From: a virus | Strand: one strand, 5' to 3' | IMG/VR virus record: IMGVR_UViG_3300045988_171958 | Span: 224,001-288,000 of that record | DNA: 64,000 nucleotides | Shown: positions 54,669 through 63,609 of the stretch, piece by piece | How positions within the stretch are numbered: position 1 is the first letter of the stretch | Layout: each line of letters starts with the position of its first letter | Notes under the pieces: generated by a model | Told to the model about the DNA's origin: nothing | The model's database searches: none | Seen by the model: only the letters and a program-made list of their open reading frames with translations | Translations under genes and position numbers: made by a program

Positions 54669-55124
54669 ATGAACAAAAGATATATTACAAGTTATGTGTT
54701 TGAAAAAGTTAGTAATCCAGAAAATGGAACAACTAAAGTTAATGTTCAATGGACAATTGACTTTAGCAGACTTCCTAACATGGTATTTTTGCTAGACTTT
54801 CTTTCAAATATTTTAACTAATGAAGATTTCAATAATATTGACCCATCACTTCAGTATTGGGACCATCGATATCATACATTTTCATTTGTTACTACTGCTT
54901 CTTCTAAAGTATCAGAGAAAGATACATACAATAAAGATACTGGTTATCAAATTGCTTTGATGAAAAATCAGAAGAAAGCAATGCATACTTACAATAAGTT
55001 GATTAATGTTATAAATAGTAAAATCAATAAGTATTTTAGGAAACCATTGGAAAGAATTGAAATTAAGAATGATTTTGATATTATTGATTTGCATATGAGA
55101 TTAGATGAATATAAACACAAATAA
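54669..55124 (+). CDS. Hypothetical protein (151 aa)
   Basis: First ORF of the plus-strand operon. Confidence 0.7.
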   Translation: MNKRYITSYVFEKVSNPENGTTKVNVQWTIDFSRLPNMVFLLDFLSNILTNEDFNNIDPSLQYWDHRYHTFSFVTTASSKVSEKDTYNKDTGYQIALMKNQKKAMHTYNKLINVINSKINKYFRKPLERIEIKNDFDIIDLHMRLDEYKHK

Positions 55125-55132
55125 AATTAAAC

Positions 55133-55885
55133 ATGTTAGGAGATAGACCATTAGTAATTTATGATGTTGAGACAACTGGTCTTGACAAGTCAAAAGATCA
55201 GATTATTCAAATTGCATTAGTAAAATATGATTGGAATATAAAGAAAATCATTGATAGTAAGAATTATTATATTCAACCAGAAGGTAGTTATTCTATTCCT
55301 ATTGGTGCTTATATGGTACATCATATTAATGCAGAATTCTTGAAAGATAAACCACATTTTAGAGAAGTTGCAAGTGAAATTTTTGATTTCTTTACAGGAT
55401 GTGATATCGTAACATATAATGGATGTTCATTTGATAATGCTATATTGACAGAAGAATTTTCTAGATGTGGTATCTTGTTTGATGTACGAACTTGTGACAA
55501 TTATGATTGTTTCTATGAAGAGAAACGTATCAATGGAAATCGATTAGGTGATACATTCAAACGTTATTATGGAAAGACAATGGATGAATGTGGTTTAAAT
55601 GCTCATGATGCTTTATCTGATGTAAAAGCAACTGCAGCTATTTTTGTAAAACAGCAAGAAGCACATCCTTATGAACCAGAAGAAATTCTTACTATTGATA
55701 ATGTAGTAGCTATGCAAGAATTCAATGGCAAGATAGTTCCATGTTTTACATTAGGAAAGTATAGAGGATTGGGAGTTGAATTTGTAGCAGGTTTCGACCA
55801 AGGTTATATTGCTTGGGCAATTGGTGATACTAGTAAGTTTGTTCCATCAACTAAAGAATATTTAAAGAAGTTTTTAAAAGTTTAA
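55133..55885 (+). CDS. DnaQ-like DEDDh 3'-5' exonuclease (250 aa)
   Basis: Exo I VIYDVETTGLD, Exo II IVTYNGCSFDNAIL, Exo III HDALSDVKATAAIF. Confidence 0.8.
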   Translation: MLGDRPLVIYDVETTGLDKSKDQIIQIALVKYDWNIKKIIDSKNYYIQPEGSYSIPIGAYMVHHINAEFLKDKPHFREVASEIFDFFTGCDIVTYNGCSFDNAILTEEFSRCGILFDVRTCDNYDCFYEEKRINGNRLGDTFKRYYGKTMDECGLNAHDALSDVKATAAIFVKQQEAHPYEPEEILTIDNVVAMQEFNGKIVPCFTLGKYRGLGVEFVAGFDQGYIAWAIGDTSKFVPSTKEYLKKFLKV

Positions 55886-55896
55886 AATTTATTAAA

Positions 55897-56391
55897 ATGA
55901 TTGTAGAAATTAAGAAGACAGAAGATGGTTTTTTTGATTTTCCATCTATGGTAAAGGAAGCAATGTTAAAGGGTGACAAGTTTGCTTTGATGACATTCCG
56001 ACAGATTATGTCTCGAATTATGGAATTCAAGACACAGGAAGTAAAAGAAGGTCAGCCTCGTCCGGTATATGATTTGGCAACAGAGAAGAAGTTGCTTGAA
56101 ACTGTACAGAAAGAGTTAAAGAAGGATGTTGAGATTTATTTGAATATCAATACAGCAAAATCTATTGCTAATGCTTCTGAGTCACAGAATCAGCTCAATA
56201 TTGTGAATGAGCTTCTTCCAAAGCCAGCTTCAGATGATGAAATCAATGAAGGTGTAGCAGATTGGGTAATCAAGTATGGAGAAATCACTTCTAAGGATAT
56301 GAAGGCAGTAATCAATCATGTTGTTGCTGGACACCCAAATGCTCGTAAGTCAGATATTGCTAGAATTGTAAAGTCAAACATTAAAAAGTAA
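55897..56391 (+). CDS. YqeY/GatB-domain-like protein (164 aa)
   Basis: MVKEAMLKGDKFALMTFRQI... and ...ELLPKPASDDEINEGVADWVIKYGEITSKDMKAVINHVV...KSDIARIVKSNI parallel bacterial YqeY (LPEQLSEEEL...GASSKADMGKVMG...ADGSLINKLV). Confidence 0.55.
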   Translation: MIVEIKKTEDGFFDFPSMVKEAMLKGDKFALMTFRQIMSRIMEFKTQEVKEGQPRPVYDLATEKKLLETVQKELKKDVEIYLNINTAKSIANASESQNQLNIVNELLPKPASDDEINEGVADWVIKYGEITSKDMKAVINHVVAGHPNARKSDIARIVKSNIKK

Positions 56392-56397
56392 AATAAG

Positions 56398-57189
56398 ATG
56401 AAAAGTAGAACTATTTTGAAGTATCAGTATGATGAGATTGGAACTTTCTTGTGTAATACATATATTGAGAAAAATCATTTAATGGAAAAGAAAGCAGAAG
56501 CTCAAAAGAAGATTTCTGATTTAATGGCTGAGAATTTACCAGATATTGTAAAGCAGGCATATAAACAATATCCAGATTATTTTGAGTTGAAGAAACGAAG
56601 TTTCTATGACATCGCTAGATTTGTTGATGCAAATACTTCACAATATGATCCAGAGCAACCAGGTGCATTGGGTAAGATAGAAAGTAAAAAGAAGAATTAT
56701 AGTCCAGAATCTATTGAGTTTGCTAACTATATTTATGATTCATTGAATAAGCTTGATCTTGTAAAGTATTCTGGTTCAAGTTACTTTGGGTATAGTACTA
56801 GCAAATATAATGTCTTTAATTTTGACTTCATTGGTCTTGAAATCAGCAAGAGTTGTGATACCGGCAACAATCGTTATTACAATAGTCGAGATGATGTAGA
56901 TGTAATTGCAAAGTATGCGTTGAATCATCCTGAAGTGAAGAAAATTTTCTTGAATTACTTTATTGAAACAATGAAGTATTTGAAGTTCAAGAAGGATATT
57001 TCTTGTGCATTCTCTACTATCACTACTACTAATATGCTTAAGAATGAAATTCCTGAAGCTTATGACTTCTTCTATAAGAAGTATGGTAAAGAGTATGAGA
57101 AGCAGGATAGTTATGAGAAGGATCGTAAGAAGGCAGAGAAGAAAGCCCAGTGTGATAAGATTGAAGGTCTTCGTGCAGCTATTTCATAA
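56398..57189 (+). CDS. Hypothetical protein (263 aa)
   Basis: ATG ORF 6 nt after the previous stop. Confidence 0.75.
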   Translation: MKSRTILKYQYDEIGTFLCNTYIEKNHLMEKKAEAQKKISDLMAENLPDIVKQAYKQYPDYFELKKRSFYDIARFVDANTSQYDPEQPGALGKIESKKKNYSPESIEFANYIYDSLNKLDLVKYSGSSYFGYSTSKYNVFNFDFIGLEISKSCDTGNNRYYNSRDDVDVIAKYALNHPEVKKIFLNYFIETMKYLKFKKDISCAFSTITTTNMLKNEIPEAYDFFYKKYGKEYEKQDSYEKDRKKAEKKAQCDKIEGLRAAIS

Positions 57190-57219
57190 AGTCTAAATTG
57201 GTTTAACCAATTTTTAAAT

Positions 57220-57519
57220 ATGAAAACACTCTCGAAATTATTAGAAGAAAAAATGATCCAGTCTAATCCAGACAAATTGGATATGGACTGGATCAATAAT
57301 GATAGACCAGTTATTACAAAGTCTGGTTATGAAGTAAAGATAGATTCAGTAGATTATAAAGAAATACCAAACCAGTTACACGGTAAAGTATTCTTTTCAG
57401 AAGGACCTGTTGATGGATGGGTATGGGATGAAACTGGTAAATGCATTACTTGTAAAGACAGATATGGTAATGGATATAGACCAGGTGATGATGAAACGTT
57501 GTTGAAGAATAATGATTAA
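57220..57519 (+). CDS. Small protein with CTS-like leader (99 aa)
   Basis: N-terminus MKTLSKLLEEK (L-E-E at 8-10). Preceded by the weak hairpin AAATTGG-TTTAA-CCAATTT (57195-57213). Confidence 0.5.
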   Translation: MKTLSKLLEEKMIQSNPDKLDMDWINNDRPVITKSGYEVKIDSVDYKEIPNQLHGKVFFSEGPVDGWVWDETGKCITCKDRYGNGYRPGDDETLLKNND

Positions 57520-57578
57520 TTTCTTAAATAATTTAACAATCATTAACATAATATTACTGAACTTTTACATAATCAAAT

Positions 57579-57595
57579 ACTATATTATATATGTA
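57579..57595 (+). promoter_or_regulatory. Promoter-like motif ACTATATTATATATGTA
   Basis: 16/17 identical to the 15381 and 10519 copies; 62 nt upstream of ATG 57657. Confidence 0.5.
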
Positions 57596-57616
57596 TGATA
57601 AATGAATATCATACAT
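57591..57616 (+). promoter_or_regulatory. 10-bp inverted repeat overlapping the promoter motif (operator or 5' leader hairpin)
   Basis: ATGTATGATA-AATGAA-TATCATACAT. Confidence 0.35.
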
Positions 57617-57656
57617 AACATAATAAATTATTAACCCTTTAAATTAAATCTTTTTA

Positions 57657-58745
57657 ATGAGTAAAGAAACAAAAACAAAAAATCTCATTGGTGCTCGAGT
57701 AGATGAGAATGACATTTTGAATTCAATGTTTACAAACGACAAGGATCGAATTAAGTTCAATTCACGAGCATTTGCGACAATGTCTATTGCGAAAGCATTT
57801 GCAAAGACTTACGGTATTGAATTGTCTGAAGATGCAAAGAAAGATAAGGCAATGAATACTGTTACTAATATCGAAGTTGGTCAACTTTATCTTGGTGAAG
57901 TTAAAGAGTTTGACAAGAATGTTTTGACATTCACTATTCCTGGTGTTAAGGAAGAGCTTATTTGTAAAGAGAATTTCAATTCTTGTATTGATGCAATTCG
58001 TAACTATCTCATGACACATAACAACCAGTTGATGTTTGAGGTACGTGAGAAGAAAGACAACACTTACATTGTATCTGTTTCTAATGGTTATTTCCGTTAT
58101 TGGATGCATCAGATTGAGAATGATATTCAGAAGGAAACACCTATTCCAGTTCATATTGATGAGGTAGTCAAAGGTGGATTTATTGCTCATGTCAATATTA
58201 ATCCATTGGTTGATCTTACAGGTAAAGAGTATGTCAATTCGGTATTCATTCCTGGTTCACAGATTGTATTGAATATTGAAAAGGACTTTGATAAGTGGGT
58301 AAATCAGGATATTGATATTATTCCACAGAAGGTAGTTGACTTCAAACGTGATTATGCTACTGGATGTATTGAGAAGTCTATTGTTGGTTCACGTAAGCGA
58401 TTGCTTCAGCTTGATGGTTATCAGAATTTGTATGACTTGTGGTTGAAAGAACGTCTTGCAAAGAAGAATGATAATGTTACTTATGAACGCCCTGTTTTGG
58501 ATGGACATGTTACAGGTATCATTAATTCAGCTAAGAAGCAAGGTGTGTTTATTGAACTTGATGGTTTGAATATTACAGGTTTGATGCCAATAGATCCTAA
58601 CAAGTTGCTTGATTTCCATCCAGGTGATCCTATTAATGTTAAAATTAAGGAGTTTGAAGTTCAAGATGGTAAAGATGCATTTAAGACTACACGAAAAGGT
58701 CGAGTAGTTGTTTGCAACACACGCCCAGTATTTGAACTTGCTTAG
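57657..58745 (+). CDS. Protein with three S1/OB-fold-like RNA-binding repeats (362 aa)
   Basis: VGQLYLGEVKEFDKNVLTFTIPGVKEELICKE; GGFIAHVNINPL...VNSVFIPGSQI; LDGHVTGIINSAKKQGVFIELDGLNITGLMPIDPNKLLDFHPGDPINVKIKEF. These fit the G-x-V-x-G-x-V...G-x-F-V...G-L...G-D-x-V-x-V-K S1 pattern. Confidence 0.5.
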   Translation: MSKETKTKNLIGARVDENDILNSMFTNDKDRIKFNSRAFATMSIAKAFAKTYGIELSEDAKKDKAMNTVTNIEVGQLYLGEVKEFDKNVLTFTIPGVKEELICKENFNSCIDAIRNYLMTHNNQLMFEVREKKDNTYIVSVSNGYFRYWMHQIENDIQKETPIPVHIDEVVKGGFIAHVNINPLVDLTGKEYVNSVFIPGSQIVLNIEKDFDKWVNQDIDIIPQKVVDFKRDYATGCIEKSIVGSRKRLLQLDGYQNLYDLWLKERLAKKNDNVTYERPVLDGHVTGIINSAKKQGVFIELDGLNITGLMPIDPNKLLDFHPGDPINVKIKEFEVQDGKDAFKTTRKGRVVVCNTRPVFELA

Positions 58746-58760
58746 AACTTGTTTAAATAG

Positions 58761-58794
58761 AAAATGGTGAAATTCTTAAGAATTTCACCATTTT
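58761..58794. terminator. Bidirectional terminator, 15-bp stem with CTTAAG apex
   Basis: AAAATGGTGAAATTC-TTAA-GAATTTCACCATTTT then TGTTTT, between convergent genes. Confidence 0.8.
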
Positions 58795-58801
58795 TGTTTT
58801 A

Positions 58802-59136
58802 TTATCCTCTCATAAAATCATTATATGATATAATTGTTGGGCCAAGTTTGATAGTATTGCCTTTTCCTCTAATAACAATATCAAATTCACCAACATCACC
58901 ATCATCTTTCGAAGTTACAGTTAAACCATCTGTCTTCTTAAGCCAAGCAATAGCAGCTTTTCCTGTAGTTAAAGGTTTTGAATAAACCCAACCATCATCA
59001 ATAGCATCAATCAATTCTGATTCATCGATAGGATCATCACTACCTTCACCGAGTAAAAATCTTAATACATCTGTACCTTTTTGATTTTTTAGTACTTCCT
59101 TAGATTCTGTCAATAAGGATTCTAATAAACTTTCAT
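58802..59136 (-). pseudogene. CTS-like-leader gene whose ATG is out of frame (1-nt shorter A-run)
   Basis: The paralog at 59669 reads ATGAAAAGTTTATTAGAA (MKSLLE). Here ATGAAAGTTTATTAGAA gives MKVY-stop, while the long frame reads ..ESLLESLL(TTG 59113)TESKEVLKNQ... (103 aa from the TTG). Could also be a homopolymer sequencing error. Confidence 0.5.
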
Positions 59137-59291
59137 ATATATTCTTTTTTTTTGTTACATACTAGAACCATCTGTTCTGGTTATTCCTAAGTTAGAGTTT
59201 GAACAGCAATAATGTAATATTTTTCCGGCATTCTCATATTCTGCTTAATAATTTCTACAAATACCTTTGCGGCTTTTTACTTTATCATTAT
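59137..59291 (-). pseudogene. Internally deleted remnant of a second copy of the 374-aa gene
   Basis: 59137-59197 is near-identical to the intergenic spacer plus 3' end of gene 59688-60812 (59670-59730). 59225-59291 is about 80 percent identical to 60203-60270. There is no open frame. Confidence 0.7.
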
Positions 59292-59669
59292 TTAGTTAGA
59301 TGGTTTCAATGTGGCACTTGTTGGATTAAAGTTAAAATTAATTGTACCAAATTTCTTATCTTTAATAGTAAATTGTGCAGTAAAACCATATTTAGCTTCA
59401 TCAAATTTAACAGATATTGGTTGATTAAAGTTTGATTGAATGATCGATGCTAAACCATCCTGATCATAATCTTTATGTGTTAGTTTTTTAATAGTATTAT
59501 TAAGTTCTACATCATCCAATAAATCACCACATCTTGGTGCTAAATCTCCGTCTTTTGCAAGATCATCGCAATCTTCATCAAAATACCAATTGAAAAAATC
59601 TTTTACTGTAGATTTTACTGTTCTTGATTCAAATAATGCGATATTTAAACTTTCTAATAAACTTTTCAT
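59292..59669 (-). CDS. CTS-like-leader protein (125 aa)
   Basis: N-terminus MKSLLESLNIALFES. Confidence 0.55.
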   Translation of the reverse strand: MKSLLESLNIALFESRTVKSTVKDFFNWYFDEDCDDLAKDGDLAPRCGDLLDDVELNNTIKKLTHKDYDQDGLASIIQSNFNQPISVKFDEAKYGFTAQFTIKDKKFGTINFNFNPTSATLKPSN

Positions 59670-59687
59670 ATATATTCTTTTTTTTTG

Positions 59688-60812
59688 TTACATACTAGAA
59701 CCATCTGTTCTCATAATTCCTGAGTTAGATAGAGAATTATCTGCTTGATTAGCAGCTACTTGTGATGGTTTATCAGTTCTTTGAGGTGTATTGATACCTT
59801 GTCCATTATCATCTTTATTCTTTTGCTCAGTATCTTGATCTTTATTATTTTCTTGGCCATTATCATTATTCTCATCTTTATTATCAGAATTATCAGAGTC
59901 TGATTTCAAATCATCTGCAGTACTTGGATCTTCAGCTATAGTAAAGCAACAAGCATCACCAGTTCTTCTTACACCGATGAATCCAAGCATGTCATCAATA
60001 ACTCCTTTCAATTCTTGATCCATTCCATTTGGATTATCAGCATCATTTACCCAGATACCATTATCACCTAAACCATAAATATTTACCAGGGTTTTTGTAA
60101 CAGTAGCTGTCTTACCAAATGGTTTTCTTACATCGTGTTTGTAACGTAAAGCAACTGATTCATTGCCATCTTCATCACGAACCGCAGTTATATAATAATT
60201 CTCTGGCATTCTCATATTTTGCTTAAGAATTTCTGCAAATGCCTTAGCTGCTTTTACTTTATCGTTACTTGCTAACAACTGTCTTATATCTTTCTTGGTT
60301 GTATCTTCAATTTCTTGATCCGGTTGCCATGCATCTTCCTTTATCTCACCAAACTGATTATATTCTATATCACCAATATGTAGTTGTTTTTGTTCATGGC
60401 AAGCAATCTTTGGTAATGATTCACATGAACTATTATCACATGGCCCATTATATCCATAAGATTGCTGAATATCTGAAGGACAAAAATATAAGAAATATTC
60501 TTCACCAACAGGAACAATCTTTATGCATGACAAACCTTGCATTGATACATAAGTGAAAAGAGAAGTTCTGTCATTCCATACATTTGTATATATGGCAGTT
60601 CTAACATCTTCTTCAGAATGCCATAATGATGATGTACATTTTAAAGAGAAATTATCTTCTGCCTTTGTAACAACCATAGAAAGTTGAGATGAAAAGAAAT
60701 TTCTTACATTTGTTACTATATTATCCACAGGAGTCAAATGATTAGTTACACCAACCTTATTTCCCAATGGTTGGTTATCAAATGACTCCTTTATCATTGA
60801 CAATGTCTTCAT
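59688..60812 (-). CDS. CTS-like-leader protein (374 aa) with low-complexity acidic/polar C-terminal region
   Basis: N-terminus MKTLSMIKESF (I-K-E at 7-9). The C-terminal third is D/N/K/Q-rich (SDSDNSDNKDENNDNGQENNKDQDTEQKNKDDNGQG). Confidence 0.55.
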   Translation of the reverse strand: MKTLSMIKESFDNQPLGNKVGVTNHLTPVDNIVTNVRNFFSSQLSMVVTKAEDNFSLKCTSSLWHSEEDVRTAIYTNVWNDRTSLFTYVSMQGLSCIKIVPVGEEYFLYFCPSDIQQSYGYNGPCDNSSCESLPKIACHEQKQLHIGDIEYNQFGEIKEDAWQPDQEIEDTTKKDIRQLLASNDKVKAAKAFAEILKQNMRMPENYYITAVRDEDGNESVALRYKHDVRKPFGKTATVTKTLVNIYGLGDNGIWVNDADNPNGMDQELKGVIDDMLGFIGVRRTGDACCFTIAEDPSTADDLKSDSDNSDNKDENNDNGQENNKDQDTEQKNKDDNGQGINTPQRTDKPSQVAANQADNSLSNSGIMRTDGSSM

Positions 60813-60838
60813 TTATTGAATTTCGTTGAAATTTATAG

Positions 60839-62326
60839 TTAAAAATATATTCTACTGTTTTTTGGTGGATTTACTTTATAATATAAGTCCATGCTAGTAA
60901 GTTGCTTTCCAATTGTTGTTTCTTTATCTGGATATCCCCGATAAAGCTTGTTTTGCATATATTCCTCTAATGAATTGCAACCAACATAATTATGTAAGCA
61001 ACATACTTCTTCTGGAATTTCTTTAGAATCTATATAATACAAAGGAGTTTCTCTAGTAAAGTTTCTGATAGGTAATCCACACTTCATTATTGTTTTGAAA
61101 GCATTATTCTGATAAGAAGATCTGTTACCATCATTGTATACTATAATGCTCTTTATCTTCAGTATTTTAGAATCAATATTGTCTTGTATAGTTTTTCTTA
61201 ATGAACTGCAATTGATTTCTTCATCCCCATCTATGAATATGCAATGGGTAAAGTCATTCAGATAATTATTGTAAACATCACTATAAGCTTCAGATAATAT
61301 TTCATGTTCTCCTCTATATTTAGAAATCAATTCTACATTAGAAAAATCAAGAATATCTTTAGGATCCTCTCCAGATATATCATTATTGTCAATAACAAAA
61401 ACTTTAGAAACACCAGAAGATATTATCTTAGAAATTTGTTCATTCAAATGATAGTTTTCATTCTTAACTATCATTATAGCAGCTATCTTTATCTTATTCA
61501 CATGAGGTAAATTAGATTGATAACCTATTCTTTCTGATAGATATTCATTCTCATTCTTTATTTCACATTCTGATATGACATCTATATCTTTAAAATCATC
61601 AAGAATATTTTGCCAAAATCTTATATTCTTATCAAAAGCATGAATAAACAGTGGCAACTTATGCTTTGTCATTTCATAAACAATATCTGCATTCATATCA
61701 TAAGCAAATGAGGTAGCAACATCAAAATTTGGTTTTCTGAAATCCCAAAGCATTGGCACTAACTGAGCAAAGTACAAATCTTCATATATAGAATACATGT
61801 TGCTGTTCATTCTGTTATGCTTATCAATATCTTCTTTATTCTCTCTAATGAATTCTCCAGTTGGATCAGTTACTTCTATCATAGTAGAAATATTTCTTAA
61901 GCTAACTCCCCCGTTACCAACAGCAGGAACATTGAACCATCTTGCATTCTGTGCTATGATAGGTGCACCAATATAGTCATAATTCATATCAATATATTCT
62001 TTAAGACTTCCTCCAATACAATATCCATCAGTTTGATATATCAAAGCATATTCATGTTCTTTGAAAGTATTCCAAAATTCATAACTTTCAAGAAGATTAG
62101 AATAAGATAAAGTTGATAAGAAATAATCATAAGAGAATGGTCTCAATATTACATCATGGTCAACATATCTTTTCCATTCTGCTGTACCTAAATTTTCTGG
62201 ATATATGAAATAGACTTCATAATCAGAAAAATCCTTCAAGTTTTTTGACAATGATTCAAGACTGAACTTATCTAATAATCCAGGAGTTTCTTTATATATT
62301 GGTATGATAATGCAATTTTTTTTCAT
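60839..62326 (-). CDS. Two-domain glycosyltransferase-like protein (DUF5672-like N-terminal half, GT2/GT92-like C-terminal half) (495 aa)
   Basis: N-terminal half: IIPIYKE...YDYIGAPI...VGNGGVSLRN, as I remember for DUF5672. C-terminal half: IAAIMIVKNENYHLNEQISKIISSGVSKVFVIDNNDISGED resembles the nucleotide-sugar-binding start of GT2/GT92 enzymes. Confidence 0.45.
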   Translation of the reverse strand: MKKNCIIIPIYKETPGLLDKFSLESLSKNLKDFSDYEVYFIYPENLGTAEWKRYVDHDVILRPFSYDYFLSTLSYSNLLESYEFWNTFKEHEYALIYQTDGYCIGGSLKEYIDMNYDYIGAPIIAQNARWFNVPAVGNGGVSLRNISTMIEVTDPTGEFIRENKEDIDKHNRMNSNMYSIYEDLYFAQLVPMLWDFRKPNFDVATSFAYDMNADIVYEMTKHKLPLFIHAFDKNIRFWQNILDDFKDIDVISECEIKNENEYLSERIGYQSNLPHVNKIKIAAIMIVKNENYHLNEQISKIISSGVSKVFVIDNNDISGEDPKDILDFSNVELISKYRGEHEILSEAYSDVYNNYLNDFTHCIFIDGDEEINCSSLRKTIQDNIDSKILKIKSIIVYNDGNRSSYQNNAFKTIMKCGLPIRNFTRETPLYYIDSKEIPEEVCCLHNYVGCNSLEEYMQNKLYRGYPDKETTIGKQLTSMDLYYKVNPPKNSRIYF

Positions 62327-62344
62327 TTTTAAATATTGTTAATT

Positions 62345-62983
62345 TTAGGGTTTGAAGTGTCTCCAATAAGTCATTATATTAGTAAGAGTATCCTTTGAAA
62401 AATGACCTTCTGTGTACATACCTGTTGGTAATAATCTTGTAGGTATGATATGAGTTTGGCTTCTCAACATAGGTATGTACATTCTTACTGCAAAACCTAT
62501 TTTATATTTCTTACATAATCTCTTAAGTACTGGCCAATTGATGTATTTATTTACTTTATGTACAGGTTCATTGAATTGCAATTGATAATATTGTTTGAAT
62601 ACTTCATATATTGAATTCATTACACGTGTTCTTGCAAATGGTGGAAAGTAATGGATATTTACACCAATCTCACGAATATTATTCTTTTTGTCTTTTGCTA
62701 AACCAAAAAATACAGTCATAGGAGTTTTGTCATAATACTCCAAATCTTCTGCTGTCTTAGGTGTGGCATAATTGAATACTACTATCTGTCCAGGAAGAAT
62801 ATACTTAGTAGTAGCTTTAGTATTTATGAGAATTTCTCTATAAGCTAAACGAGAACGCAAATTGATAGGTCTTCGTTTTAATGGGTGTTCATTAACAGCA
62901 TCATCTAACCTAAAATTCTTAATTTCTTCTTGTTGATATATCCAATTATCTATTTGTTGTAATCGTTGATTCTGTGTAGGCAT
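62345..62983 (-). CDS. Hypothetical protein (212 aa); possibly T4 gp2-like DNA end protector
   Basis: YYDKTPMTVFFG...IGVNIHYFPPFARTRV resembles my memory of the gp2 family (D-x-x-P...G-x-N-x-H-Y-x-P...R), and it is adjacent to the gp4-like gene. Unverified. Confidence 0.25.
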   Translation of the reverse strand: MPTQNQRLQQIDNWIYQQEEIKNFRLDDAVNEHPLKRRPINLRSRLAYREILINTKATTKYILPGQIVVFNYATPKTAEDLEYYDKTPMTVFFGLAKDKKNNIREIGVNIHYFPPFARTRVMNSIYEVFKQYYQLQFNEPVHKVNKYINWPVLKRLCKKYKIGFAVRMYIPMLRSQTHIIPTRLLPTGMYTEGHFSKDTLTNIMTYWRHFKP

Positions 62984-63001
62984 TTAAATTATAAAATAAA
63001 T

Positions 63002-63454
63002 TTACTGGAAGAAACGTTCTGTTACCAATATGAATTTCATATTATGTTCTTTAGCAAAGGTCATACAAGCTTTCCATTTGTCACAATTCTTTATCCATTG
63101 TTCTTTTAACCAAACAGAATCTTGTGGTCTAGGTTTCTTAGTTTGAGCATAAGGTTTTACTTCTACTATTGTCTGATGACCATCAGCATTCTCTATAATG
63201 AAATCTGGATAATAGTTTGCCATACCTTTCTTTAATCTGCTATAATATGGTATGGCTAAAGATTCAGATACCCATCCAGTAATGCTAGATTGATTTTCTA
63301 CATATTGAATGAACTTCATTTCCAACCCAGATCTTGCAATTACTGGCTCTTTTTCCTTGCATTTTTTGAATTTTTCTGGTGAGATGAGTGTTTGATGGTA
63401 GTAACTGTTCTTTCTTGGTTTTACATTTTTTATGAAGTTATCTGACTTTGCCAT
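63002..63454 (-). CDS. T4 gp4-like head completion protein (PD-(D/E)xK / TnsA-like nuclease fold) (150 aa)
   Basis: RSGLEMKFIQYVENQSSITGWVSESLAIPYYSRLKKGMANYYPDFIIENADGHQTIVEVKPYAQTKKP fits S-x-x-E...W-x-S-E...I-P-Y...Y-x-P-D-F...V-E-V-K-P. Size matches T4 gp4. Confidence 0.5.
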   Translation of the reverse strand: MAKSDNFIKNVKPRKNSYYHQTLISPEKFKKCKEKEPVIARSGLEMKFIQYVENQSSITGWVSESLAIPYYSRLKKGMANYYPDFIIENADGHQTIVEVKPYAQTKKPRPQDSVWLKEQWIKNCDKWKACMTFAKEHNMKFILVTERFFQ

Positions 63455-63507
63455 ATATTAATATAGTAACTTTATTATTAAAAATTCACATTTTGGTTTG
63501 AATTTTA

Positions 63508-63579
63508 TTTGAAATTTTTTAGTTTGTTTCTAAATTTATTTGCAACAAGATTGAAATAAATCAAGATTGTTCTATATTA
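63508..63579 (+). repeat. 72-nt duplicated control region, copy B
   Basis: See copy A (28527-28598). CAAGATTG occurs at 63546-53 and 63562-69; the promoter motif TTCTATATTATACATGT is at 63570-86. Confidence 0.8.
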
Positions 63580-63609
63580 TACATGTCAATAAAATATTAA
63601 TAATTTAAA

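Noticed and set aside
57195-57213. Hairpin AAATTGG-TTTAA-CCAATTT as a terminator between 56398-57189 and 57220-57519
   Set aside because: It is a 7-bp all-weak (mostly A-T) stem with a short T tract, too marginal to call. It is mentioned only in the evidence for the downstream gene.
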